Source: Candidatus Dormiibacterota bacterium (lineage in GTDB: Bacteria; Chloroflexota; Dormibacteria; Aeolococcales; Aeolococcaceae). From it: 64,000 nucleotides of DNA. A model generated the notes under the pieces. It ran no database searches, was not told the origin of the DNA, and was given only the letters and a program-made list of their open reading frames with translations. Position 1 is the stretch's first letter, and each line of letters starts with the position of its first letter. Position numbers and translations under genes: made by a program. Positions 10,234-20,182 of the stretch are shown here, piece by piece. The stretch lies in assembly GCA_963718525.1 (NCBI GenBank), contig OY970355.1, positions 288,001 through 352,000 of the forward strand, in the 5' to 3' direction.

Positions 10234-10902
10234 TCAGACCCCGAGTGTCTTGCCGTTGCTCTTCTGGGTGTCGACCAGCAGGCGCCATTGTGGCGCCTCG
10301 TTGTTCCCAGGTCCACGGGTCGCGACGAGCGCAGCCCGGTCGACCGCAAAGAATCCGTCCGGTGTGACCTCGATGTTCACCCAGTCCATGGGGCGAGGCG
10401 CCGGCCCGTAGAAGTTCGTCGAATCGATGAAGTACCGGCTGCCGTGACATGGGCATGCCCAGCCGTTCGGAAGGCGCTGGTCGGCCGCCCGCACCCCGCG
10501 TGCCTCTGCGGTGGCTGGCGAGACCCCGGACCCGGTGGTCACGTCGGTGACATAGTTCGGCGTGCAGCCGAGGTGTGTGCAGACGAGGTAGACGGCGTAG
10601 ATGCCGGCGTCGTCCAGCACGACCGTGACGCGCTTGTCAGTCTCTGAAAGGACGTTCACCGGGGTCACCGGCTTGCCGTTGACGATGCCGCCGGTCAGCT
10701 GCTCAAAGGTGAAGCTCGTCTTGAACAGCGCGGGTGCGTTGCTGGACGCCTGCGGGAACATGAACTTGAGGGTCTCGATGCCTCCGAACAGGCTCGCGCC
10801 CGCGGCTGCCAGCCCGCCCATGATCATCAGGAACTGACGTCTCGTCGTCTCGGCGCGAGCGCGCATCCTCCCTCGCGGCGATTCGTACGGATTCAGCGCC
10901 AT
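10234..10902 (-). CDS. qcrA: Rieske 2Fe-2S subunit of the bc complex
   Basis: Tat motif TRRQFL; CTHLGC and CPCHGS; GPAPRPM. Confidence 0.93.
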   Translation of the reverse strand: MALNPYESPRGRMRARAETTRRQFLMIMGGLAAAGASLFGGIETLKFMFPQASSNAPALFKTSFTFEQLTGGIVNGKPVTPVNVLSETDKRVTVVLDDAGIYAVYLVCTHLGCTPNYVTDVTTGSGVSPATAEARGVRAADQRLPNGWACPCHGSRYFIDSTNFYGPAPRPMDWVNIEVTPDGFFAVDRAALVATRGPGNNEAPQWRLLVDTQKSNGKTLGV

Positions 10903-10996
10903 GCAGTCCTCAGGAGGGAGCTTGTAGCTCGAGCAAGTTTACGAAGTTCCCTTACGGACGCCGCCTGCACACCGGGTCGGTTCTGATTCATCCCGA

Positions 10997-11131
10997 CTAC
11001 AGGAGCGGATTGCTCGCGGGAGGGGTGAGGATGTTGGCGAACACGATCGCCGAAATCATGATCACCACGAATGCAACGATGATGGCGAAGCATCCGAAGT
11101 CAGTGCGGAGAGCGACGATGAGGCGTTCCAT
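10997..11131 (-). CDS. 44-aa single-TM peptide
   Basis: MERLIVALRTDFGCFAIIVAFVVIMISAIVFANILTPPASNPLL from ATG 11131. Confidence 0.55.
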   Translation of the reverse strand: MERLIVALRTDFGCFAIIVAFVVIMISAIVFANILTPPASNPLL

Positions 11132-11243
11132 ATCTCGTGTTCGGAGCGTCAGACGGCCGAAAGGATACGTCACCGCACGCCGCACGCCGCGTGCCGGGTG
11201 ATGGCCGCCCACGGCGCCTGCCGGAGAGTAGCCTTGGCAGCCT

Positions 11244-11744
11244 GTGAGCGGATGGCGTGAGGTCGAGATCTACGGCACCTTCATCCGGTTGACGGGCGAG
11301 CTCGAGGTCATCGGCGCGGAGCGCCTCAGCGACAGCATCAACCGGTTCGGGGCGTTCCTTCAGGTCAGGAATTCGCGCGCCGAGCCACTCTCCACCAACT
11401 ACCCCGTGCTGAGCCGGCTCGAGCCTCGGGTCACGATCGCCAAGGCCGGTGTGATCCTGGTGTCGCCGCTCGAGGAGGTGCCGGACGGCAACTCCGCGAT
11501 GTGGCGGGAGACCGTTCCGTACGCCGCATCGATCAACACGTCTGCGATCTCGCTGGTCGGCGACGTTCACCTCTCGCCGGGCAACGATCTCCAGGACCAC
11601 CTCGAGCGCCACCCCGGGGACTTCCTGCCGGTGACCAATCTTTCCGCCCTCTGGATCACGGCGATCACGAACGAGACCCATGCGGTCCAGCGCTCGTTCG
11701 CGTTGCTGAACCCGGCGTCGATCCTGTCCTTCTCCCTCCGCTAA
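11244..11744 (+). CDS. hypothetical protein with two similar halves (DUF6812-like)
   Basis: LTGEL...RLSD.IN...FL.V recurs as LVGDV...LQD.LE...FLPV. Confidence 0.65.
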   Translation: MSGWREVEIYGTFIRLTGELEVIGAERLSDSINRFGAFLQVRNSRAEPLSTNYPVLSRLEPRVTIAKAGVILVSPLEEVPDGNSAMWRETVPYAASINTSAISLVGDVHLSPGNDLQDHLERHPGDFLPVTNLSALWITAITNETHAVQRSFALLNPASILSFSLR

Positions 11745-11763
11745 AAGGTTCGGCCGCTGAGGC

Positions 11764-12207
11764 TCAGATGGCTGCGAGGACTTCCTCGCGTATCTGCCGG
11801 GTCTGGGCGGAGGCGCGAGCGAACCCGATCGCCATGCAGACGACGGCGATGAATGCGAAGCCCATGCTGATGAACTCGTTGATCGCCCGCTGTCCGATGC
11901 CCAGCGAGGCCAGCCCCGTGCCGCTCAGGAACGTCTTCTCTGCGGGAGCGCCCCAGACCGTCCCGATGAACGCCATGAGCATCCACACCACGGCGACGAA
12001 GTGCCAGATGGCTGCGGTTCGTACCGTGCCGTTGCGGGGCTTCGATGTGAGGTAGAACGCGACCATTGCGATCACGATCAGCACGACGTACGCGTTGAAG
12101 ATGACGAACACGATGAAGAAGGAGATGATCTGGGCAGTGGTCAGCCCGGTGAACCCGCTGATCGAAAACGGGAACGGGTTGTTGACCGCGACCAGGCTCC
12201 CGAGCAT
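11764..12207 (-). CDS. membrane protein with cytochrome c oxidase subunit III-like WHFVxVVW helix
   Basis: About 3 TM helices; AAIWHFVAVVW. Confidence 0.6.
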   Translation of the reverse strand: MLGSLVAVNNPFPFSISGFTGLTTAQIISFFIVFVIFNAYVVLIVIAMVAFYLTSKPRNGTVRTAAIWHFVAVVWMLMAFIGTVWGAPAEKTFLSGTGLASLGIGQRAINEFISMGFAFIAVVCMAIGFARASAQTRQIREEVLAAI

Positions 12208-12276
12208 CTCGACGGGGAAATGTACATCAGTGGATCGGTGACGTAACCCCGCGCCCTCGCCTAAGCTTCTGTCGAG

Positions 12277-13293
12277 ATGGCGATCCTCCACGCCCCCACG
12301 CCCGCGCCCGCAGGAGTCCCCCAGGAAGCACCCGGACCGCGTCCATCCTGGGGATCGCCTCGTACGTACCCGACGAGATCATCACGAACGCCGACCTCGA
12401 GGCGATGGTCGACACGTCCGACGCCTGGATCCTCGAACGCACCGGCATCCGCGAGCGCCGCAAGATCGCATCCGGGATGACCACGTCGATGATGGCCGCC
12501 GAGGCCGGGCGCCGGGCGATGGCGGCTGCGGGCGTGGACAGCGTCGACGCCCTGATCGTCGCAACGGTATCCCCCGACTCGCCCCTCCCCTCCACGGCGT
12601 GTCTCGTCCAGCGTCGCCTGGGTTTGGGCGGCATCCCAGCCTTCGACATCGCGGCCGCGTGCGCCGGCTTCGTGTACGGGGTCGCCATCGGTCGTGGCCT
12701 CATCGTCTCGTCGGGCATGAGCCGCGTGCTGGTCATCGCCGGCGACGCGCTGACGTCGCTGATCGACTACAAGGACCGGTCGACCTGCGTGCTCTTCGGT
12801 GACGGTGCGGGCGCGGCGGTGGTCGGCGTCTCAGATGACGGCGGCATCGAGGGCATCCAGTGGGGCGCCGACGGCGGCGAGGCCGACCTCATCTACTACG
12901 GGCCCAAAGCCGGGGAGGAGGACGGGACCGACGGCCTGCGCATGTATGGGAAGGGAACGTTCCGGCTTGGAGTTCGAGCGGATGGCGGAGGCGGCGCGGG
13001 CCGTGTGCGCCGAGGCCGGCTGGTCGCTGGACGACGTGACCCTCCTCGTCCCTCACCAGGCCAATCTCCGCATCATCGAGGCCGTGGCGAAGCGCCTGAA
13101 CTTCCCGCTGGACCGGGTGGTGATCAACATCGATCGCTATGGCAACACCAGTGGCGCGTCGATCCCGATCGCACTGTCCGAGGCCGCCGAGACCGGCAGG
13201 CTCCATCAGGGCGATCGGGTCGTCTGCATCGCGTTCGGGTCCGGCGTCGTGTGGGGTGGTATCGCCCTGCGATGGACCGCGCCGACGCGCTGA
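12277..13293 (+). CDS. fabH: 3-oxoacyl-ACP synthase III (two apparent frameshifts, ~12320 and ~12973, probably sequencing errors)
   Basis: DTSDAWILERTGI, AACAGF and LFGDGAGA in one frame; PHQANLRII and YGNTSGAS in the next frame. Confidence 0.9.
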
Positions 13294-14147
13294 CATCGCG
13301 GCGACAGGCGCCGCGAAACAGGCTTCAGGCGCCCGGACCCGAGCTCCGGCCGACAGCGCCAACCACAGGGACGGTCGCGTGTCCGCGTTGCAAGCGCCGG
13401 TTCGTCGCCGAGCGATATGCGGCCGACCTCAACGTCTGTTCCGAATGCGGTCACCACGGTGTGGTGGGCGCGGCGCAGCGCATCGCGCAGCTCGCCGACC
13501 CGGATACCGCCGAGATGCTCGTCATCGAGGTCGGTGATCGCGATCCGCTCGGGTTCGACGACGGAGTCCCCTATCCGCAGCGGGTGACCCGAGCCCGGGA
13601 GCGGACGGGACTGCACGAGGCGTTCCTCACCGCCAGGGCCTCGCTCGCCGGAAATCCGGTGATCCTCGCGTGCATGGACTTCGAGTTCCTTGGAGGATCG
13701 CTCGGGAGCGGTGCGGGCGAGATCTTCGCCCGTGCATGCGAGCTGGCCGTCGCCGAGCGCCGCGCCCTGGTGGCGGTATGCACGTCAGGCGGCGCGAGGA
13801 TGCAGGAGGGCATCGCCTCGCTTGCGCAGATGGCTCGATGCTCGGCCGCCGTCGCCGAGATCATCGCGGCGCGCCTTCCCTACGTCAGCATCCTCGGCGA
13901 CCCGTGCTTCGGCGGGGTGACGGCGTCGTTCGCCGTCCAGTCCGACGTGATCCTCGCCGAACCCGGCGCCCGCATCGGGTTCGCCGGGGGTCGGGTCATC
14001 GAGCAGGCAACCCACGACAAGCTCCCTGACGGCTTCCAGACCGCCGAGTTTCTTCTCGCCCACGGGATGGTGGACGCGGTCGTCGAGCGGGGCCGCCTGC
14101 GCGACACGGTCGGGACGCTCATCCGTATCTACTCGGGGCACGCATGA
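13272..14147 (+). CDS. accD: acetyl-CoA carboxylase carboxyltransferase beta subunit
   Basis: Zn finger CPRC...CSECGHH, FLGGSLG, SGGARMQEG, IGFAGGRVI, FQTAEFLL. Confidence 0.95.
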   Translation: MDRADALTSRRQAPRNRLQAPGPELRPTAPTTGTVACPRCKRRFVAERYAADLNVCSECGHHGVVGAAQRIAQLADPDTAEMLVIEVGDRDPLGFDDGVPYPQRVTRARERTGLHEAFLTARASLAGNPVILACMDFEFLGGSLGSGAGEIFARACELAVAERRALVAVCTSGGARMQEGIASLAQMARCSAAVAEIIAARLPYVSILGDPCFGGVTASFAVQSDVILAEPGARIGFAGGRVIEQATHDKLPDGFQTAEFLLAHGMVDAVVERGRLRDTVGTLIRIYSGHA

Positions 14148-14962
14148 GCTCCACCATCGAGACCACCGAGCGCGAACGGGTCGCCTTTGCCGCGGTCGAG
14201 CTTGCGCGTCACCCAGAGCGCCCGCGCGCGCTGCAGGTGATCGCGGCCATCACCGGTGGCTGGACAGAGCTCCGCGGCGACCGGCTCTTCGGTGACGATC
14301 GGGCTGTGGTCGGCGGCCCCGCACGGCTCGGCGGCCGCTCGGTGATGGTGATCGGTCAGGAGAAGGGAACCGACCCGATGACCCGCGCGCTCCACAACTT
14401 CGGCATGCCCCACCCTGAGGGGTATCGCAAAGCGGTGCGACTGATGCGACAGGCCGAGAAGTTCTCGATGCCCGTGGTGTGCCTCGTCGACACGCCGGCG
14501 GCGCACGCAGGCATCGGGGCCGAGGAACGCGGCCAGGCGTGGGCGATCGCGGATGCGCTGCTGTGCATGCTCGGACTGCGCACGCCGACTGTCAGCGTCG
14601 TGCTCAGCGAAGGCGGCTCGGGAGGTGCTCTGGCGCTCGCGCTCGCGGACCGCGTCCTCGCGCTCGAGAACGCGGTCTACACAGTCGCTCCTCCGGAGAC
14701 CTGCGCCGCGATCCTGTATCGGGACGCGGGCCAGCGCGCGCGTGCAGCTGCGGCGCTCCGCCCCGGCGTCGACACGGCCCACCGCATCGGGCTCGTCGAT
14801 GAGCTGATCCCCGAGCCGCCTCCCGGTGCGCACGCTCACGCGCCGCTGGTCATCGCCGCGATTCGCGGCGCGGTGATCCGCAACCTCGATGACCTGAGCG
14901 AGATCCCGATCGACGAGCTCGTCGAGCAGCGCCGGCAGCGCTACCGGGCTGCGGGCGGCTGA
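14144..14962 (+). CDS. accA: acetyl-CoA carboxylase carboxyltransferase alpha subunit
   Basis: ARHPERP, NFGMPHPEGYRKA, AEERGQ, EGGSGGAL. Confidence 0.95.
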   Translation: MSSTIETTERERVAFAAVELARHPERPRALQVIAAITGGWTELRGDRLFGDDRAVVGGPARLGGRSVMVIGQEKGTDPMTRALHNFGMPHPEGYRKAVRLMRQAEKFSMPVVCLVDTPAAHAGIGAEERGQAWAIADALLCMLGLRTPTVSVVLSEGGSGGALALALADRVLALENAVYTVAPPETCAAILYRDAGQRARAAAALRPGVDTAHRIGLVDELIPEPPPGAHAHAPLVIAAIRGAVIRNLDDLSEIPIDELVEQRRQRYRAAGG

Positions 14963-15958
14963 TCGGCCCAGGCGGCGAGCAACGCCGCCTCACGCTCAGG
15001 CGCTATGCCGACGCGCGAGCGGTTGGCGCGCACCGTCTGCTCCCATCCGGGATGTTCGCGCAGCCACGACCAGGTGTCCCGCACGGTGTCGCGCGCCGGA
15101 CGGCAGACGAGCCCGGAGCGGAGCGCAAGCGACGAGTTGCAGGTGTAGAACCCGGCCATGTCGCCGATCGGCGGCACCCAGATCGGGAGCTCCGTCCACG
15201 GTGCGACGTCGTTCGCCAGCAGGAATTCGGCGTCGACCCACGTGAATGATGCGGTCGAGCCCGTGACCTCGCGACAGAGGGCGAGCAGCTCCGACATCGT
15301 TGTGTGCCCAGGTCTGCTCAGCACGTTCACCGCGCCATTGAGCGCGGTCTCGACTGCGAACGCCGCGAGATCGCGTGCGTCGATGTACTGAATTGCGACT
15401 TCCTGCGGCCCGGGGGCGAGGACCGTGCCGCCCGCCGCAACGCGACGCAACCACCACGGCAGCCGCCCGATGTTCTCGCGCGGTCCAAGAATGAGGCCGG
15501 GCCGTGCGAAGACACTGCGCTGTGCGCCGAACACGCTTTCGATGGCCAGTTCCGCGCCGCGCTTGTCGGCGGCATAGTCGGTCGCGTCAGCATCGGGACG
15601 TGCGTCGACAGTCGGTGACGCTTCGCTCAGCACGCCCTCATGCGTCTCGACATACACCGAGACCGTCGAGATGTAGACGTAGCGATCCGCGTGCGCTTCC
15701 AGTCTCCGCGCGGAGTCGAGGACGAACTCGTGGGCCCAAAGACCATGCATCGACCACCATGTCCCAGTGCTCGCGAGTCAGCACATCGAGATCGGCCGGG
15801 TTGGTGCGATCACCGTGCACGGCGCGAACACCGCGCGGTGCGGCCCCGGTCTGACCACGATGGAAGATAGTGACGTCATCGCCGCGCGCGAGCGCGGCGT
15901 CGACGAGCGCCGGCCCGACAAAATCGGTCCCGCCGAGAACCAGAACCTTACGCGGCAT
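14941..15958 (-). CDS. NAD-dependent epimerase/dehydratase family protein (frameshift at ~15726)
   Basis: VLVLGGTDFVG Rossmann start (ORF 15638-15958) joins YISTVSVY and YAADK (ORF 14941-15750) if one base is removed. Confidence 0.85.
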
Positions 15959-17789
15959 CGAGCTGTGGCACGCTTCCCGTTGCGGCCTTGTCGGGTCTGC
16001 GCAGGAACAGCGCTGGAATCACACCAAGCAGCGTCAGGATCGTGATGAACGCAAAGGTGCGATCGAACGAGGTGCTGAGTGCGTCCGCCGCGTACGTCTG
16101 GCCGAACTTGGCGACCACCGGTGCGACCTTAGCGGTCGTGGTGGGCTGCCCGCCGTTCTGGATGAGCTTGGCGTACTGCCCCTGCAGCGTGCCGCAGAAC
16201 TCGGCGGAGGTCAGTTGATGACCGGGCGCGGAGGCGGCGCTGAGCACGGCCGGCGAGGGAGCGCACGATGCCTGACCGATCGCCGTGGTGAACTGCGCCG
16301 CGAGCACCGTCACCAGCACCGCGATGCCGATCGACGATCCGATGCGTTGCAGGCTATTGGAGATGCTCGACGCACTCGAGCTGAGGTGGCGCGGCACGCG
16401 CGCCATCGCCGCGGCCATCGACGGCATCATCGAGAATCCCATCGCGAAACCGCGGAGCAGCAGCGCGCTCACCACCAGCCAGTTCGATGAAGTCGGGTGA
16501 ATCTGCGCGAGCAGGAAACCCCCGCCCGCCAGCATCACCATCCCGGTCGCCACCACGGGCCGGGGTCCGATCCGGTCGGTGAGATAGCCGCCGAGCGGCA
16601 TCGCAACCGCAGCTGTGATCGCCTGCGGTAATAGGAGAAGTCCGGTTTCGAGGGGGCTGTAGCCGTGAACCTCCTGGAGGTACAGCGGTAACAACAGCAT
16701 GCCGCCAAACAGCGCGGTCACGATGATGAAGCTGAGGCCCATCGACCACGAGAACGTCGGGTCGCGGAAGAGACGCAGATTGAGCAGCGGCTCGGGGTTG
16801 CCGCGATTCCCGATGAACAGGTTGACGGCGGCAAGCGCAGCGGCGACGAGCATCACGACGGTGTCCAGCGACGTCCAGCCGTCAACGAAGCCATTGCGCA
16901 GTGCGATCAGCCCTGCGCCGGCGGCGAGCGGAAGCATCAGCAGTGTCGCCGCGCGCCGGCGACCGAGCTGCGACAGCACGAAGGCCGCGATCAGCACCGC
17001 TGCAGCGGCGAGCATGCTGATCACGAGGAGCGAGCCCCAGCCCAGGGTGACGCTCTGGTTGACCGCGTACATCACCGCCACGGCCGCGGGTGGCGCCGTG
17101 AGCAGGCCGAAGGTGTCGAGCCTGAGCCCGTGCGCCCTGCTCAACTCCGTGAGGAACCGCGAGGCGGAGACGAACGCGATGAGCCCGATCGGGACGTTGA
17201 CGTAGAAGATCAGCCGCCACGAGAAGTCCTGCACGAACCAACCACCGAGCACGGGTCCGACGGCAGGGGCGAGCAGCATCGGAATCCCGAAGATTCCCAT
17301 GACCCGCCCCATGTTCTGGGGACCGACCGCCCGCATGATGATGGTCATCCCGATCGGCATCAGCATCCCGCCACCGAGTCCCTGGAGCACGCGGAAGATC
17401 ACCAGCTCGGGGAGGTTCTGCGCGACGCCGCACGCCATCGATGCGAGCGTGAACAGCGCGATGGTGATGAGATACAGACGCTTGGTGCCGAAACGATCGC
17501 TCGCCCATCCGGCCATGGGAATGACCGCTCCCTGCGCCAGCATGTAGCCGGTGACGACCCAGGAGATGTCTGCGTACGAGCCGGCTTTGAGGTCCACCTG
17601 CAGGGTGGGAATGGCGATGTTGACGATGGTCGCGTCGAGGATCGTCATGATCGTGCCGAGCAACACGACGCCGAGCGCGATCCACTTGTAGTCGAAGCGT
17701 CCTGAGCAACTCGTGCCGGCGCCGCCTCCGCCATCGAGGGGAGCGACTGCGAGAGCCGCCGGGTCCGCGCGGTCGAGCACCTCAGTCAT
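15948..17789 (-). CDS. DHA2/EmrB-QacA family MFS efflux transporter
   Basis: LDATIVNIAIP, GWASDRFG, FRVLQGLGGG, WRLIFYVNVPIG. Confidence 0.93.
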   Translation of the reverse strand: MTEVLDRADPAALAVAPLDGGGGAGTSCSGRFDYKWIALGVVLLGTIMTILDATIVNIAIPTLQVDLKAGSYADISWVVTGYMLAQGAVIPMAGWASDRFGTKRLYLITIALFTLASMACGVAQNLPELVIFRVLQGLGGGMLMPIGMTIIMRAVGPQNMGRVMGIFGIPMLLAPAVGPVLGGWFVQDFSWRLIFYVNVPIGLIAFVSASRFLTELSRAHGLRLDTFGLLTAPPAAVAVMYAVNQSVTLGWGSLLVISMLAAAAVLIAAFVLSQLGRRRAATLLMLPLAAGAGLIALRNGFVDGWTSLDTVVMLVAAALAAVNLFIGNRGNPEPLLNLRLFRDPTFSWSMGLSFIIVTALFGGMLLLPLYLQEVHGYSPLETGLLLLPQAITAAVAMPLGGYLTDRIGPRPVVATGMVMLAGGGFLLAQIHPTSSNWLVVSALLLRGFAMGFSMMPSMAAAMARVPRHLSSSASSISNSLQRIGSSIGIAVLVTVLAAQFTTAIGQASCAPSPAVLSAASAPGHQLTSAEFCGTLQGQYAKLIQNGGQPTTTAKVAPVVAKFGQTYAADALSTSFDRTFAFITILTLLGVIPALFLRRPDKAATGSVPQLDAA

Positions 17790-18327
17790 TGGCACCTTCC
17801 TTGAAATGTGCAGACTCGGGCGAGTCGACGACCTTGCCCATCAGGAGCACGAGTTTCTCGAGCTCCGCGTCGCTCAGGCAGGTGAGCACCTCGACTGACA
17901 CGATCTTGCGTGCCGCATCGAAGCGGTCGAGCATCTGCAGGCCGAGTTTCGTGGGAACGATGTGGATGATCCGGCGATCGTCGGGATCACTCCGCCGCTC
18001 GGCAAAGCCGAGCCGGATCACGCGGTCGACCAGCGCGCTTGCGGAGCTGAGCGCGCACTGCTGCATGCGAGCGATCTCGTTCATCGTCGCTCCGGGCGAG
18101 GTTTCGGTGGCGGCGCGAAGCTGGTCCAGCGCGCCCAATTGATGCCACGTGACGGCACCGAACTCGCCCCGCAACTCGTCGGGAACGCTCGCCATCAATT
18201 TGCGCTTGATGCCGCCGATGTACGCGAACAACAGGTCGGCGAGCTCGTCACGACGACTCGATGTGGTGGGGTTCTTCGAACGGCCGGACCGTTCCAGCGC
18301 GGGTGCCTGGCTCACACTCTTCCTCAC
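17782..18327 (-). CDS. MarR family transcriptional regulator
   Basis: SSASALVDRV...ERRSDPDDRR wHTH; upstream of the DHA2 pump. Confidence 0.88.
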   Translation of the reverse strand: MRKSVSQAPALERSGRSKNPTTSSRRDELADLLFAYIGGIKRKLMASVPDELRGEFGAVTWHQLGALDQLRAATETSPGATMNEIARMQQCALSSASALVDRVIRLGFAERRSDPDDRRIIHIVPTKLGLQMLDRFDAARKIVSVEVLTCLSDAELEKLVLLMGKVVDSPESAHFKEGAND

Positions 18328-18341
18328 GTGCTCCGGTGGAG

Positions 18342-18392
18342 TGTTCGTCGAGCGAACAGTTAGAGTGTAGAACTATTCGTGAGTTGCGTCAA
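18342..18392 (-). promoter_or_regulatory. sigma70-type promoter plus inverted-repeat operator for the marR-MFS operon
   Basis: Minus strand TTGACG-17 nt-TACACT (18392-18364); TGTTCG-N5-CGAACA at 18342-18358 just downstream. Confidence 0.7.
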
Positions 18393-20038
18393 TTCGAAGC
18401 GGCGTCCCGAGCCCGGCGGCGCAGGCGTGAGTGCCCGGTCAATTCGTGCGATGCCTTCGCGTCGGCGAGCTCCTGGGCGGCGACCTCGAGCAGACCCCCG
18501 ACGTCCTGGGCATCGCCCGGGTACACCGCGATGCCGGCCGATGCCGTGACACCCGATCTGCTCACGCCCTGGTCTCCGGACGTATCGGTCGTGAATCGCT
18601 GCTGGATGCGAGCGGCGACGGCGCGAGCCTGATCTCGGTCGGCGCCGGGCAGGACGCAGACAAAGTCGTCAGCACCGACTCGTGCGGCGCTGTCCTCCCG
18701 CCGGAGGATCGATCGGAGCACGCCGGCGAAGGTCTCCAACACGCGGTTGCCCACGTCGTGGCCCCACCGGTCGTTGAGCTCGCCGAAGCCGTCGATGTCC
18801 GCGATGATCAGCGCGAGGGTTCCTTCAAGTCGCGACGCACGGGCCAGCTCCTTGTCGACCACGGCGAGGAGCTGCGGGCGCGTGGCCATGCCGGTCACGG
18901 CATCGAGCAGGGCTCTGCCCATCTCCTCCTCGTGGCGGCGAGCTCTCTCGATGGCTCGAGCGGCCTCGTCGGCGAGGGCCTCGATGACCGGCGCGTCAGC
19001 TTCGTTCCAGGCGTTCTCCTTGCGCTCCGAGGTGAGCAGGATCGCGCCGATGGTGGTTCCATCGACCCTGAGCGGCGCGCCGATCGCCGACCGGATGAAT
19101 CCGAGCTTCGAGCTGCGCAGCCGGACCCGGTTTGCCTCCCGGAGGCTGGCCTGGGCCATCGACGCCGAAAGCGTTGTCGGCCACACCTCGGCGCGTTCGG
19201 CGACGAAGACGGCGCCGCCGAGCCCCTCGCCGGGCGCGAGCTCGTAGGCCGGACCACCGGATCCCACACCACTCGATGAGAGGAACGTCCCCGGGGATTT
19301 CAGCAGCCCGTCCGCCGGGTCGTTGATGAGCACCATGCCGGTTGACGTCTCCGGGAAGATCTCCCTGCACGCCTCTAGGACCGCAGACGCGACCGAGGTG
19401 ACGTCGCGGGCGACGCCAAGCCTTCGGCCCAGGGTCGCGTAGACGTGTCCGCGTCGTGTCTCGGCATCCAGGCGAGCGAGATCGCGCTGCGCGGCCCCGG
19501 CGGCGATCAGCTTGATGCCGGCCATGGCGGCCACGGTCACGGCCAGCGCCGGCAATCCCGACGGTTCCGGCTGGGTCGTGAGCCAGAGTGCGACGAAGAT
19601 CGCGATGACCGCTCCGGCGGCCGCAAGCCCCAACGGCCACGGCTCTCGGCCCGGCGACCCAATGACCTGGGCCGTACCCAGACGCGGAGCCTCGACGTCC
19701 GTGCCGATGAGGATCGCCGTGAAAGCCACGGCCGCGACCACCGTGAAGTCAGGAAGGACATCGCTCGATGCTCCCAACGCCACGGCGGTGACCACCGCGA
19801 GCGCGACGCTCCCGGCCACCGAGACAGCTTGTCGATGTCCCTCCCACGCAGAGGGCACCCGAAGCAGGACTGCTCCAACCACGATGGCGACACCTGCCAT
19901 GGCGGCGTCCAGAGCCCGTACCCCTGGACTGACCGGAAGCGTGAGCATCCTGATCGCCACCGCGGCGCCAACGATTCCCGAGCCTGCCTGGTTGGAACGC
20001 CGTGCTAAAAGCAACCGAAAATCCACCTGATCCCCCAC
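18389..20038 (-). CDS. membrane GAF-GGDEF protein with degenerate active site (GADDF)
   Basis: N-terminal TMs, GAF (GEGLGG, IGAPL), DIDGFGELND.WGH..G, RRED I-site, ARVGADDF; start uncertain. Confidence 0.85.
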   Translation of the reverse strand: MGDQVDFRLLLARRSNQAGSGIVGAAVAIRMLTLPVSPGVRALDAAMAGVAIVVGAVLLRVPSAWEGHRQAVSVAGSVALAVVTAVALGASSDVLPDFTVVAAVAFTAILIGTDVEAPRLGTAQVIGSPGREPWPLGLAAAGAVIAIFVALWLTTQPEPSGLPALAVTVAAMAGIKLIAAGAAQRDLARLDAETRRGHVYATLGRRLGVARDVTSVASAVLEACREIFPETSTGMVLINDPADGLLKSPGTFLSSSGVGSGGPAYELAPGEGLGGAVFVAERAEVWPTTLSASMAQASLREANRVRLRSSKLGFIRSAIGAPLRVDGTTIGAILLTSERKENAWNEADAPVIEALADEAARAIERARRHEEEMGRALLDAVTGMATRPQLLAVVDKELARASRLEGTLALIIADIDGFGELNDRWGHDVGNRVLETFAGVLRSILRREDSAARVGADDFVCVLPGADRDQARAVAARIQQRFTTDTSGDQGVSRSGVTASAGIAVYPGDAQDVGGLLEVAAQELADAKASHELTGHSRLRRRARDAASN

Positions 20039-20182
20039 CCGCTGACCCGGCTCGACCCCCGCCGACGGCCAGGGTCAACGTGCCGGTACTGCCCAATTGT
20101 GCCAGAAGATCGGGCGATAAACCTGTGGTAACCTTTGCGAACTGACGTTCGCCTCCAGGTCGCCGTTCTCATTCCCAGCACC

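Noticed and set aside
12405-14147. Apparent 580-aa FabH-AccD fusion in the ORF track
   Set aside because: The FabH C-terminal half (HQAN, GNTS) lies in another frame; a one-base insertion at ~12973 explains the read-through
18342-18358. LexA/SOS box
   Set aside because: The half-sites are in the opposite orientation (GTTCG-N5-CGAAC); it fits a MarR operator better
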